IMG/VR virus record: IMGVR_UViG_3300008267_000364
Coordinates: 5,179-69,178 of that record
DNA length: 64,000 bases
Origin: a virus
Strand: one strand, 5' to 3'
Shown here: one piece after another, positions 10,673-20,074 of the stretch
Numbering within the stretch: the first letter of the stretch is position 1
Layout: every line of letters starts with the position of its first letter
Translations under genes and position numbers: made by a program
Notes under the pieces: model-generated
What the model saw: only the letters and a program-made list of their open reading frames with translations
What the model was told of the DNA's origin: nothing
The model's database searches: none

Positions 10673-11200
10673 TTATCCTTTTAATTCATGATCAAATAAT
10701 CTCATTGCAATCTTATCTTCACCAAATGCTTCTAATTGATCAACTAAAGTTTGTACTTTACCCATTTCTTCTTGTTGTTCAGTTAAGTATTTCATTGCTA
10801 ATTGATATAATAAGTGATTACCATATTTCATAGCATGTGAAGCTAAATCATTACATTGTTGAGTAACTAATACTTCATGAGCAAATGATTGTCTAATAAT
10901 ATCAGGTAATCCTGTAAAAGTTTGAGGTGGTTCTTTTAATGCTGGAGTTTTAGGAGTAACTCCCATATCCAATAAAAAGTCTTTAGCCCATTGAGCATGT
11001 ACTAATTCATCTTGAGCATCTTTAGCCCAAACTGCAGCAGCACCCATATAACCTTTATCATTTAACCACATTGACATTGCAGTATAAAATCTAGAAGAAT
11101 ACTCTTCTTGTTCTATCCTAAAATTTAATATGTCAATACATTCCTTACTTACAAAAGGATTTGTCTTTTTTGCTGGAGGGGTTAATTTTAAACTACTCAT
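10673..11200 (-). CDS. ftnA: Ferritin-like protein
   Basis: EEYSSRFY.AMSMW, DELVHA, HEVLVT, EQQEE ferroxidase-centre pattern of non-haem ferritins. Confidence 0.85.
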   Translation of the reverse strand: MSSLKLTPPAKKTNPFVSKECIDILNFRIEQEEYSSRFYTAMSMWLNDKGYMGAAAVWAKDAQDELVHAQWAKDFLLDMGVTPKTPALKEPPQTFTGLPDIIRQSFAHEVLVTQQCNDLASHAMKYGNHLLYQLAMKYLTEQQEEMGKVQTLVDQLEAFGEDKIAMRLFDHELKG

Positions 11201-13767
11201 TATTTCTTAGGTTTGTTTTTAGCTTGTAATTTCATTTTTTCAATTTCAATCTTTTTATCCATCATCTCTTTATCCAACTTAGCTTTTTTATTAGCTAATT
11301 CTATTTGATTTTTATTTTGAACTTCAATAGCTTTGATTTTCTTATTTTCAAGCTCATTTTTGAGCTTCATTTCTTTATCTTTAAGTTCTAATTGAGACTT
11401 ATGTTTAGCACCATCATGAATTAATTTAGATTGCTCTAAATAAGACTTAGAAGATAACTCTTGTTGTTTTAAAGCATTAGCTGCTAATTCTACTGGATCA
11501 GGAATACCATTAGCATTTTGATCTAAGTTTTTTTGTCTAGCATATACATTAATCTCAGCAACTTGAATCTTAGTTTCATTATTAGCTTCAGCAATATATC
11601 TGTCAAGTTCCATTTTTTCTCTATCCAAATCAACTTGTTCAGCATGCATTTGTTGTTGAAGTTGTTCAATCTGCATTTGATGTTCTTGTTGAGACTTAGC
11701 ATTTTCAGATTGACGTTTATAGAATTCTTCTTCTTTACGTTGTAACAATCTAATAATATCTCTAGGAGAATCATTAATTAATGTTTCAACAATAGCAGAT
11801 AAATCTAATTTTTCTGATTGTAAAGCTACTTGAACTAATTGATCTAACTTACCTTTTAATTCTAAATCTTTACTGTTATTAGTTACAAATACATTAAATT
11901 CTGAATTCTCAAATTCATTTTCTTCTAATTGTAATATCTCTAATCCCATGTCATCTAAAACATATTGAGATACTAATCCTTTCTTATAAGCAATCTTAGC
12001 AACTTCAATCATTGCTGTGTAAGCTCTACGTTTTACTTCACTATGAGCTTCATATAAATATTCAGTAATTAAAGCTGATTGATTTACAGATCTTTCAACA
12101 TTACCTACTAATTCAGAATTATTAATAGCACCTAATCTTTGTGGAGTTACACCAGAAACAAAGTAAACTTGTTGCTTAATGTAATCTAACATATTGATAT
12201 ACTGTTGAATAGATTGACTAAGACTTAAATCAATAGCAGTAAATTGATTAAATCCTCTAGCTAATTGACCAGTAGCAGAACCTTTTTTACCTTCTTCAAA
12301 ACTATTAACAAAAGCAATATTCATCTCTTTAAGATAATATAACCATCTGTCAATATCAATACCATGAGACTCAGGTATTTGAGCTAAATCCATTAAGAAC
12401 TTTTTACCTTGATCAGAAGCAAATGCAATCTCTAATCTATAAGATATAATATCATATAAATACTGATAAGGTTTTAACCTATCTATTAATGATACCGATT
12501 GAGAGTTAGTTGCTTCATATATAAATCCAGTATAACCTAATCTACAGAAATAAGGATTATCTAATCTTCTTCTTTGATTAGCTTTAGGTCTAATTTCAGT
12601 ATAAATATCTAATCCTATTTTAACACCTTCCCAAGCTTCATTAATCCAATACCATTCTACTTTAGCATCAGAAAAAGCTTGTTTAAATACTCTCATATTA
12701 AATAACTCATCAATGATTTCAGTTTGTTGAACACCATCTTCATCAGTCCATGTTAACTCACCAATTTGTTTCATTGATTTCCATTCTACTCTAGTAACCC
12801 TGATAGAATAGTTATTGGTATTATTACCATTAAATGCATTAGTAGGAGTAACTCCAGCAAAAGCATTTTGATTATTTACAACTTCAAATTGAGGTTCAAA
12901 TCCACCTGCAGTATTGAAAGATCCAAAAGTACCTCTAGTGTAATTTTCTAATTTCTCTACATCTTCTTTACTTAATATATCACCATACTCATCTAAAATA
13001 GTATTGATAGCCAACATTCTTTCTTCAACTACTGCAATAGCATCATCAATAAAAGTAGTATCTCCATCTAAAATAACAGTTAAGTTAATTGGATTTACCC
13101 TACGCATTCCAACTTGGTCATTTTCAATACCTACCCAATAAACTTCTTCACCAGCAATTAAAGCATCTTTCCAACCTTGTGAAAACAATAACCTAGTATT
13201 TAATCTTTTTTTAAGAGATTTTAATAACTTATTAGCTTTAGATTCTATAATATCAGAAGGATTATACTTTTCATGTCTAAGTATTTCTTCAGGTGGAGGA
13301 GGAGGATTATTAGGATCTGCGTTAGGATCTATTTGATAAGCCAAAGCACTTTCTAATGCTTGAAATATCTTTTGTTTAATACCTGCAGTTTTTCTATTAA
13401 TATCATCTGGAGATTCAGATACAACTAAATGATTATCAGGTCTTTTAGTCTCTTCACCAATAAGTAATCTTATAGGTTCTGAAATAATATCATAATGTTG
13501 AAATCTACTAGAGAATGTACTGTTAGCAGTAACTCCTAATGGATCACAAATAGTTTCTATATCTTTATGATTTACTTTACCATTGTATAAATCATAATTA
13601 ATTAATTTTCTAAATCTATCAGCTCTAAGATTACTACCATTAGTATATCTATAATTTGAATAGTAATTTATACAAGATTTACCCCACTCCTTATCCTTCT
13701 TGGACATAGGAAGTTTTTGTTGTGGTAAATTTTGTCCACCTAAATTGGCATATATATCTTGACTCAT
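11200..13767 (-). CDS. Portal protein
   Basis: 855 aa, next to TerL; SGVTPQRLG motif and long C-terminal coiled coil typical of crAss/P22-type portals. Confidence 0.88.
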   Translation of the reverse strand: MSQDIYANLGGQNLPQQKLPMSKKDKEWGKSCINYYSNYRYTNGSNLRADRFRKLINYDLYNGKVNHKDIETICDPLGVTANSTFSSRFQHYDIISEPIRLLIGEETKRPDNHLVVSESPDDINRKTAGIKQKIFQALESALAYQIDPNADPNNPPPPPEEILRHEKYNPSDIIESKANKLLKSLKKRLNTRLLFSQGWKDALIAGEEVYWVGIENDQVGMRRVNPINLTVILDGDTTFIDDAIAVVEERMLAINTILDEYGDILSKEDVEKLENYTRGTFGSFNTAGGFEPQFEVVNNQNAFAGVTPTNAFNGNNTNNYSIRVTRVEWKSMKQIGELTWTDEDGVQQTEIIDELFNMRVFKQAFSDAKVEWYWINEAWEGVKIGLDIYTEIRPKANQRRRLDNPYFCRLGYTGFIYEATNSQSVSLIDRLKPYQYLYDIISYRLEIAFASDQGKKFLMDLAQIPESHGIDIDRWLYYLKEMNIAFVNSFEEGKKGSATGQLARGFNQFTAIDLSLSQSIQQYINMLDYIKQQVYFVSGVTPQRLGAINNSELVGNVERSVNQSALITEYLYEAHSEVKRRAYTAMIEVAKIAYKKGLVSQYVLDDMGLEILQLEENEFENSEFNVFVTNNSKDLELKGKLDQLVQVALQSEKLDLSAIVETLINDSPRDIIRLLQRKEEEFYKRQSENAKSQQEHQMQIEQLQQQMHAEQVDLDREKMELDRYIAEANNETKIQVAEINVYARQKNLDQNANGIPDPVELAANALKQQELSSKSYLEQSKLIHDGAKHKSQLELKDKEMKLKNELENKKIKAIEVQNKNQIELANKKAKLDKEMMDKKIEIEKMKLQAKNKPKK

Positions 13768-15848
13768 TAGTTCGTACTTGCGTTAAATTGAGAATTCTTT
13801 CTATTAAATATAAGAGATTTTTGATATATTTTCTCTAAAAATGATCCAGTAGTTGTTTTAACATCTAATAGCTCTTCTACATGTATTCTATGTAGTTCGT
13901 GTGTTTGTAGTATGCATAACATAAGTGCAATAACTCTATCTGTATTAATATCTCTATCATAAGCAATTAATTCTTTAAGTAAAGGTATTGATTTTATTGT
14001 ATGTAACCTAAGTATTTTTTTACCATCTACATCATCAATTTCATCATATAACCATTTTTTTAAATATAACTCACATTGATCTTTAATACCATTAGCACCA
14101 TTACTTCCTCTATTCATGTGAATACCAAATCCACGTTGAACATTAGAATTTTTAATAATATCTTTAATGATTCCTGGTTGTTGCCAAAGTAAATATAAAG
14201 AATTCTTTTGTTCAAAATATACTTTTAAACCCTTTAACTGATTCTCATACAACACTTTAGCATTATAATATAAACACAATCTTCTACAGTTTTCATAAAA
14301 TTGTTCTGCAGTATCGGGTCTTGAAGTATATTCAGCTACAATAACATCATGTGTTTTATCTGCTCTATAAAATCTTTTATATACAACAAAAGAACCCAAA
14401 GATCCAGAATCTGATTTATCTTGGTCATAAGGGTCACATCCTGCAATATATAAATACTCAGGAATTTGTCCATTAACTTTTTCAGGATGTTCCCAAACTA
14501 CAATACATCCATTAGTAGTATGATTTTCTCCTGATTTAGGATCTTTCTTTAAAGGAAAATCTGTAATATGAATTAACTCATCATTAGGTTTCCATTGTAT
14601 TTTGTTTTCTTCACCAAAGTATAACTCTCCTTTTTGAGCTAAACCTCTAAGACTAGGTGTATTTTCTAAATTACCTAACCATTCTAACATTTCTGGAGAA
14701 CCAAATACATTACCTTTATTTCTTAAAAATGCTTCTTTCCAACTTAAAGGAAACTGTGTAGTTACATTATGTAAAGCTTTAGGATCTAAACCATTTCTAG
14801 ACTTAATTCTTAAAAACTCAATGTCATCTATAGCAGCTTCAGTATTAGAATTACCATTTTCATCAACCATTGGTTTCTTAAACCAAATAGAATTAGGATT
14901 TAAACAAAGACCCCATCTACCTTTAGCAGCAGAACTAAAAAATCCAATAGTACCTTGTGGATTAAATGGATCTTCAAAAGCTAACATGTTATACTTATCA
15001 GGATTAGTAAACATTTCATAAAAATACTTACTACCTGAATCCATATCTCCAGATGAACCAAATACTAAAGCTACTCCTGTATAAGTTGAACCATCTTTAA
15101 TAAGTGGTTCAGTATATCCATAAGAATCTACAATATTAGGAAATACCCCTGCTTCATCTAATACTAACCAGTTAGCAGATAGACCTACGGCAGCAGTAGG
15201 ATTATCTTTAAAAGATATTGCTTTAACTTCAGAGTTATATCCTTTCCAAACTTTAACTCCACCAATATCAGCTTGGTATCTAGCTTTAATAAAATCCTTT
15301 AAATCAGGATTACGTTGTTTTCTAAATTCAGTATTAGTATTAATAAAATTTGAATTATCAACTACCATGTTCATAGTATTCTGACTAAAAGAACTAAAGA
15401 AAGCTCCAATAACAGATTTACTATCTGGATAAAAATAGAACTCATGAGTACATAATGCTGCAGCTTTATAAGACCAACCTTGACGTCTACCTTTTACAGC
15501 AGTCATAGACTTTTGATTTTCCTTACAGTATTCTACCATATGGAAAAACTCATAATCTAAATCTACAAACTTTGGAAATATCTTAGATTTTCTACCATTC
15601 TTTTCTCCAAGTATGGGACAAAAGTTTAAGTAAAAGAAATGTTGACCTGTTATTCTAACTCCTTTAGAATTAGTAAAACCATTAATACATTTTTCTTTAA
15701 CATCAGTCCAGAAATCCATATACTCTACAGTTCCTGGAGGAACCATTGTATACATTCCTGTATCATTAAAGATATTGGCTAAATAACTAAACTCCTTACT
15801 ATCAGTAAAGAGTTCAACATAAGGTATGTAAGGATTATCATTTATCAT
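13767..15848 (-). CDS. terL: Terminase large subunit
   Basis: Walker A KGRRQGWS, Walker B LVLDEAG, nuclease motifs GCDPYD and TDRVIA. Confidence 0.92.
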   Translation of the reverse strand: MINDNPYIPYVELFTDSKEFSYLANIFNDTGMYTMVPPGTVEYMDFWTDVKEKCINGFTNSKGVRITGQHFFYLNFCPILGEKNGRKSKIFPKFVDLDYEFFHMVEYCKENQKSMTAVKGRRQGWSYKAAALCTHEFYFYPDSKSVIGAFFSSFSQNTMNMVVDNSNFINTNTEFRKQRNPDLKDFIKARYQADIGGVKVWKGYNSEVKAISFKDNPTAAVGLSANWLVLDEAGVFPNIVDSYGYTEPLIKDGSTYTGVALVFGSSGDMDSGSKYFYEMFTNPDKYNMLAFEDPFNPQGTIGFFSSAAKGRWGLCLNPNSIWFKKPMVDENGNSNTEAAIDDIEFLRIKSRNGLDPKALHNVTTQFPLSWKEAFLRNKGNVFGSPEMLEWLGNLENTPSLRGLAQKGELYFGEENKIQWKPNDELIHITDFPLKKDPKSGENHTTNGCIVVWEHPEKVNGQIPEYLYIAGCDPYDQDKSDSGSLGSFVVYKRFYRADKTHDVIVAEYTSRPDTAEQFYENCRRLCLYYNAKVLYENQLKGLKVYFEQKNSLYLLWQQPGIIKDIIKNSNVQRGFGIHMNRGSNGANGIKDQCELYLKKWLYDEIDDVDGKKILRLHTIKSIPLLKELIAYDRDINTDRVIALMLCILQTHELHRIHVEELLDVKTTTGSFLEKIYQKSLIFNRKNSQFNASTN

Positions 15849-15850
15849 AA

Positions 15851-16372
15851 TTATTTATTTTCAAATAAACCTAATGTAGCATTACCTCTAATCTTATCTC
15901 CTGTAGATTGTTCTTTCATACAGTTATCAAAAGCAGATTGAATAGCTTCTTGCATTTTAGGCATATCTATTACAGCTTTCTGAATTTTAGTTACAGTATC
16001 TTCATTGTAATCTACATTTCTAAAAAACTCTTCCATCTTAACAATAGATTCTTGAACAGATCTAAATAACTTCATTGCTGGAGTTGTATTAATCTTTTCA
16101 AAAATAGCAATACATTCTTTAACTTGATCATTAACTACAAACTTACTATCTTTAAGTATGTGTTCAACAATTAACTTATGTTTATCATTAGAAGAATGTT
16201 GAAAAAAAGGTGATTTAAAAGCAGAATAAAACCATACATATTGCATGACTTTAAAAGATTCTACTTTACCTTTAGATTTATCATTTTCATATAATGATTT
16301 AAATGGTTCAATAATTAAACACTCTGGTGCAACAATTATCTTACCATCTTTAAGATCTATTATTTTTATCAT
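15851..16372 (-). CDS. Conserved protein upstream of TerL, terminase small subunit candidate
   Basis: 173 aa, helical; position only. Confidence 0.45.
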   Translation of the reverse strand: MIKIIDLKDGKIIVAPECLIIEPFKSLYENDKSKGKVESFKVMQYVWFYSAFKSPFFQHSSNDKHKLIVEHILKDSKFVVNDQVKECIAIFEKINTTPAMKLFRSVQESIVKMEEFFRNVDYNEDTVTKIQKAVIDMPKMQEAIQSAFDNCMKEQSTGDKIRGNATLGLFENK

Positions 16373-16487
16373 AAATAAACTATTAATCTAGTTAATATTA
16401 CAGCTTTCATTTTAGATATAATAAGAGCTAACTCAGGATCTTTTTCATTTTGTAGTATTTGAAACAATTCTATGTATTCTGTATATT

Positions 16488-16757
16488 TCATTTTGTTAAT
16501 CCTTTAATTGTTAATGGTAAAAAATATTCATCTCTAATTTCACTATAAGGTTTATTAATCTTGTAAAACTCATTATCATATTTAGCAGTAGTAAACTTTT
16601 TAACTACAATACCTTTACTATTTACATGTTCTTCTATTTGAAGTTTATCTAATTCAAATAACTTCTTTTGAAATACTCTCATAGGTACATACCTAGCAAT
16701 AGATTTACCTGTTTCAGGTAAAGGGTATTGACTTATGACTTCAAATTCTACTACCAT
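16488..16757 (-). CDS. Hypothetical protein
   Basis: 89-aa ORF overlapping the upstream gene. Confidence 0.55.
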   Translation of the reverse strand: MVVEFEVISQYPLPETGKSIARYVPMRVFQKKLFELDKLQIEEHVNSKGIVVKKFTTAKYDNEFYKINKPYSEIRDEYFLPLTIKGLTK

Positions 16758-16951
16758 TTTCCTTCAGGACATTTAGAATATTCTGATCTAGTTTTACTAA
16801 TTAGTGGACAACCACATTTTTGACAAATATTATTCTTATTATATGGACATTCTGCACAAATAATAGCTCTATCCATAGCTTTCTTTTCAACTTCAGGTTT
16901 AGACCAAACTACATTAGTCCACCCATTAAGTATTTCTTTTAACTTTGACAT
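16751..16951 (-). CDS. Small Cys-rich Zn-binding protein
   Basis: CxxC...CxxCGC...CPxGKW. Confidence 0.7.
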   Translation of the reverse strand: MSKLKEILNGWTNVVWSKPEVEKKAMDRAIICAECPYNKNNICQKCGCPLISKTRSEYSKCPEGKW

Positions 16952-17147
16952 AATCTTGATTATAAGCTGTAGGTCTAAACTTACCTAAATATATTAATTG
17001 AATTACTTTACCTTCTCTCTTAGACATAGTATCTCTAATTACCCTAAATTGTGAATCTACAATTCTTTCAATTTCCATACTAGAAATATCAGGATAAATA
17101 ACTTTTATTTCTTTAACTATCTCTTCATATAACTCATTATCTATCAT
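16926..17147 (-). CDS. HU/IHF-like DNA-binding protein
   Basis: Two helices then IQLIYLGKF, resembling HU VxLxGFGxF; usual crAss-like position near terL. Confidence 0.6.
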   Translation of the reverse strand: MIDNELYEEIVKEIKVIYPDISSMEIERIVDSQFRVIRDTMSKREGKVIQLIYLGKFRPTAYNQDYVKVKRNT

Positions 17148-17464
17148 ACAAAAGTTAAGTTTAAAGAATCATGTTTAAGGATGTGTAGTAGCTTAGGATT
17201 TACATTAAGTGTAATCCTATCTACAGGAATAAGAATCTTCTTTTCTTTTAACTTCTTAATATAATTATTAAAGTTAAACTTATCCATATTTAAATGCATC
17301 CTAACATCAGTGCGAGTATCTTTATCTAATTTACTTATTTGCTTATCAGCAATAACAATTAAAATATCAATCTCTTTAGATGTTAAGTTACCTATAATAG
17401 GATTAATCATTTTAATGAAAATCTTATTTTTATCTTTACTTGGTAAATTAAGTTTGAATTCCAT
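17144..17464 (-). CDS. Winged-HTH (RepL-like) protein
   Basis: LTSKEIDIL...NNYIKKLKEKKIL...VNP pattern. Confidence 0.6.
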   Translation of the reverse strand: MEFKLNLPSKDKNKIFIKMINPIIGNLTSKEIDILIVIADKQISKLDKDTRTDVRMHLNMDKFNFNNYIKKLKEKKILIPVDRITLNVNPKLLHILKHDSLNLTFV

Positions 17465-17802
17465 TAATCAGTATATCCTAAATTAATTAAATCTTTAACA
17501 TTAGGTGCATTTACATATTCTGTTTTAACAGTATTACCCAATATGCAATATTTAATAAGTTCTTGATAACAAGAATCTTGAGCATCTTCAAGAGTAATAA
17601 TATTTAAATTATATTTTTTCCTAATGCTTACATAAGCAACATCATTTTGAGTATAAATAAATTTAAAAAGAATTTCATTATTATCAGTTATTGTTTCAGA
17701 AATACTAAATGTACCTCTATTAGGTTTTGATCTAACTGTAGAGTTAGCTTCAGTGTTTACTATTTGTAAAAACCGGTCCATATATTCTTTTGTAATTTTC
17801 AT
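17464..17802 (-). CDS. Hypothetical protein, probably leaderless mRNA
   Basis: ATG 4 nt downstream of a promoter -7 element. Confidence 0.6.
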   Translation of the reverse strand: MKITKEYMDRFLQIVNTEANSTVRSKPNRGTFSISETITDNNEILFKFIYTQNDVAYVSIRKKYNLNIITLEDAQDSCYQELIKYCILGNTVKTEYVNAPNVKDLINLGYTD

Positions 17803-17806
17803 ACAT

Positions 17807-17838
17807 CAAATATAACTGATTTAGTTATTATAACCAAA
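17807..17838 (-). promoter_or_regulatory. Bacteroidota promoter
   Basis: Minus strand TTTG (17838-17835), N20, TATATTTG (17814-17807); exact consensus. Confidence 0.8.
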
Positions 17839-17844
17839 TTTATT

Positions 17845-18152
17845 ATTAAGACATAATAAACCCCTTCAGTTTTTACACCTAATGATGGATTAATTATAAA
17901 TTTATATCTATCTGTCTTAAACCCTTCTGAGTAAACTCAGCGATTGCAAACTTTATTCCTGTTAATTCAGGAGGATACTTCATACCTGATGTTGCAACTA
18001 TAGACTTTCATTTATAATCTTTTTTGTACCTATCGGAGAAACCTCATCTGCTATCAATCTCTATTATTTCAAGAGTGCGGATTACTATCCAACTTCTAAC
18101 CAGGTTTTAACTTATGAGGTATTACCCTGGTGACTTATTTTGCAATAAGAGT
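17845..18152 (-). ncRNA. Candidate structured ncRNA of about 300 nt
   Basis: No ORF of 60 aa or more, own promoter, several stems and a 7-bp pseudoknot. Confidence 0.55.
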
Positions 18153-18157
18153 ACATA

Positions 18158-18189
18158 CAAATATAAGCTTTTGTAAGGACTTTTGCAAA
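18158..18189 (-). promoter_or_regulatory. Bacteroidota promoter facing a non-coding region
   Basis: Minus strand TTTG (18189-18186), N20, TATATTTG (18165-18158). Confidence 0.75.
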
Positions 18190-18202
18190 TATAAAATGTT
18201 AA

Positions 18203-18412
18203 TTATTCAGTATCTGCAATAGGACTAGTACCTGTAAGTAAGTAAAATTTATTAATATTTTCTAAGTTAATTAAATTTTGATTAAGATGATCCATATCTT
18301 CATAATCTAACTTATCATTATATCTCTTTCTAGTAACTCCCATCTTAAGATAAACAATACCTTCTGAAGATATACCTTTAATTTCATGTGATTTAAAATT
18401 CTTTGATTTCAT
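18203..18412 (-). CDS. Hypothetical protein
   Basis: 69-aa ORF coupled to the upstream stop. Confidence 0.55.
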   Translation of the reverse strand: MKSKNFKSHEIKGISSEGIVYLKMGVTRKRYNDKLDYEDMDHLNQNLINLENINKFYLLTGTSPIADTE

Positions 18413-18909
18413 TATTTAATATCTAATTGTTTCATAAGTTTAATTAATTCAGATTTATTTTTAATAGTTCCATTAAATTTTTTTGTTTGCCCTCCATTAC
18501 TAGGATTTCTTCCATCTATATGAACTTTCATGTTTTCATCAAGAGATAATCTATATTTCCAATTACCTAATGGATGCCACATTTCTTCAGCATCAAGTAT
18601 AAGTTTATCCCATTCCCACCAAGCTCCATCATATTGATTACTTAATTTCCAACCTAAACTTTCTATATCAGATTGATCTAGGTATTTAATTCTGATACAA
18701 GTTAAGTCTTCATATTTACAAGCCATATCTTGATAATTTAAATTTCTTAATAAATCATATTCTGTAAAATGCTTTAAATGATTTTCTTTAGATGGACTAT
18801 TCCAAGTATCCAATGTTACTTGAACCCAAGAATCTTCTTTAGATTTATATTCAAATTCAAATCCATAATGTAGGTCTTTTAATGTAGGTGTGTAATATTT
18901 ATTTTCCAT
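18412..18909 (-). CDS. Hypothetical Bacteroidota-phage protein
   Basis: 165 aa; KYYTP...GFEFE...YLDQSDIESLGW...IKNKSEL. Confidence 0.7.
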   Translation of the reverse strand: MENKYYTPTLKDLHYGFEFEYKSKEDSWVQVTLDTWNSPSKENHLKHFTEYDLLRNLNYQDMACKYEDLTCIRIKYLDQSDIESLGWKLSNQYDGAWWEWDKLILDAEEMWHPLGNWKYRLSLDENMKVHIDGRNPSNGGQTKKFNGTIKNKSELIKLMKQLDIK

Positions 18910-19010
18910 TTATTACAATATTATTATTATCATTTATTTCCCAAATTGAATTATCTCCTAAGATAACTTCAATAGGTTTATCTTCCCAAAACTGTTGTTG
19001 TTGATATTCA

Positions 19011-19071
19011 TCATTACTCATATTACCACTTATTACTGATTATTAGCACTTATTACCACTTATTACCACTT
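19011..19071. repeat. Tandem 10-bp repeat (TATTACCACT, five to six degenerate copies)
   Basis: tattaccact tattactgat tattagcact tattaccact tattaccact at 19021-19070. Confidence 0.85.
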
Positions 19072-19287
19072 AAATAAATTATCATCTTTAGGTTTAGTCA
19101 TATTTTCTATATATTCAAATATTAATCTTTTTCTACATTCTAAGTAAGCTTTACCTGAACCTTCTATTCTAGAACAAGGTCTAATAATATCTATATAATC
19201 AGGTAAAGATAATTCATATTCTTTATCACCTACCTCTAAAGTAACATGTTCTTCAGTAGGTGTTCTATATTTTACTAATACTTCCAT
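19063..19287 (-). CDS. Hypothetical protein, first gene of the leftward unit, probably leaderless
   Basis: 74-aa ORF just downstream of a promoter. Confidence 0.6.
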   Translation of the reverse strand: MEVLVKYRTPTEEHVTLEVGDKEYELSLPDYIDIIRPCSRIEGSGKAYLECRKRLIFEYIENMTKPKDDNLFKW

Positions 19288-19291
19288 ACTC

Positions 19292-19323
19292 TAAAAGTAA
19301 CTAATAACTACCTTATAACCAAA
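19292..19323 (-). promoter_or_regulatory. Bacteroidota-type promoter
   Basis: Minus strand TTTG-N20-TACTTTTA; shares ATTTGGTTATAA around -33 with the 17807-17838 promoter. Confidence 0.6.
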
Positions 19324-19488
19324 TAATTATTGATTACAATGGGGTACATGCATATGGCTTTTTTAAAATTTTTTTGTAAAATTTTTTTGAAAAATTTGTG
19401 TAGGTGAAGATTTGGGGCAGCCCCAAAACACCCTCCCTCCATAAATTTAGCAGGAAAACAATTCCGTTTTCCTATAAAAACTATCATT

Positions 19489-19713
19489 ATGGAAGCAATT
19501 ATTTTACACATCAGCAAGTCAGGTAAATCTGCATTAGTTACTACAACAGTTGAAATGGGTGACATTATGCAAACTTTAAATGGGTTTGTAGGATTAAATC
19601 CTAAAAAAGAATACACTCTTAAACAGGTATTAGATATACCTGCTACTAAAGTGCGTTCTGAATCTCGTAAATCTGAAGACGGAACTGAATTCTCATTCCT
19701 GATATTTGAGTAG
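19489..19713 (+). CDS. First rightward small protein
   Basis: 74 aa, A-rich leader, followed by a GAAA hairpin. Confidence 0.7.
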   Translation: MEAIILHISKSGKSALVTTTVEMGDIMQTLNGFVGLNPKKEYTLKQVLDIPATKVRSESRKSEDGTEFSFLIFE

Positions 19714-19733
19714 GTAGCGAAAGCTACTTACTT
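19709..19733 (+). terminator. GNRA hairpin after the first rightward gene
   Basis: AGTAGGTAGC-GAAA-GCTACTTACT. Confidence 0.5.
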
Positions 19734-19878
19734 AAATCTATATATTGACTAACAAACAATATATATTACAAATTATATACATACTTGGACTTCGGAGACC
19801 ATTTACACCAACCTGTTAGGTGGTATGTATTACTTTACAAAACACAAACTATTATTAACTTTTTAAAACCTAGAAATC

Positions 19879-20061
19879 ATGACAATTCAAGAAGAATTAA
19901 ACCAAGTTAGAATAGAAAAACAAAGAGAAAATTTTTATAAACTATTCAATAAATTAAATAATATCTGTAAAGAAGAATCAGATATGGATATTTATGAAGT
20001 ATTAAAACAATATGATATATTATCAGATAATGCATTTAGTATTATTTGGAAATTAACATAA
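19879..20061 (+). CDS. Small hypothetical protein
   Basis: Starts within the CTAGAAATCATG leader motif. Confidence 0.65.
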   Translation: MTIQEELNQVRIEKQRENFYKLFNKLNNICKEESDMDIYEVLKQYDILSDNAFSIIWKLT

Positions 20062-20074
20062 ATTATAAACAAAT

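Noticed and set aside
19011-19071. CRISPR array
   Set aside because: 10-bp units with no spacers; no cas genes.
19308-19616. 102-aa minus-strand ORF, and other antisense or nested ORFs (3085, 4887, 6473, 8273, 11523, 11533, 14821, 22672, 24560, 46756, 49920, 52111-61900)
   Set aside because: Shadows of real genes on the other strand or frame, with biased composition and no leaders.
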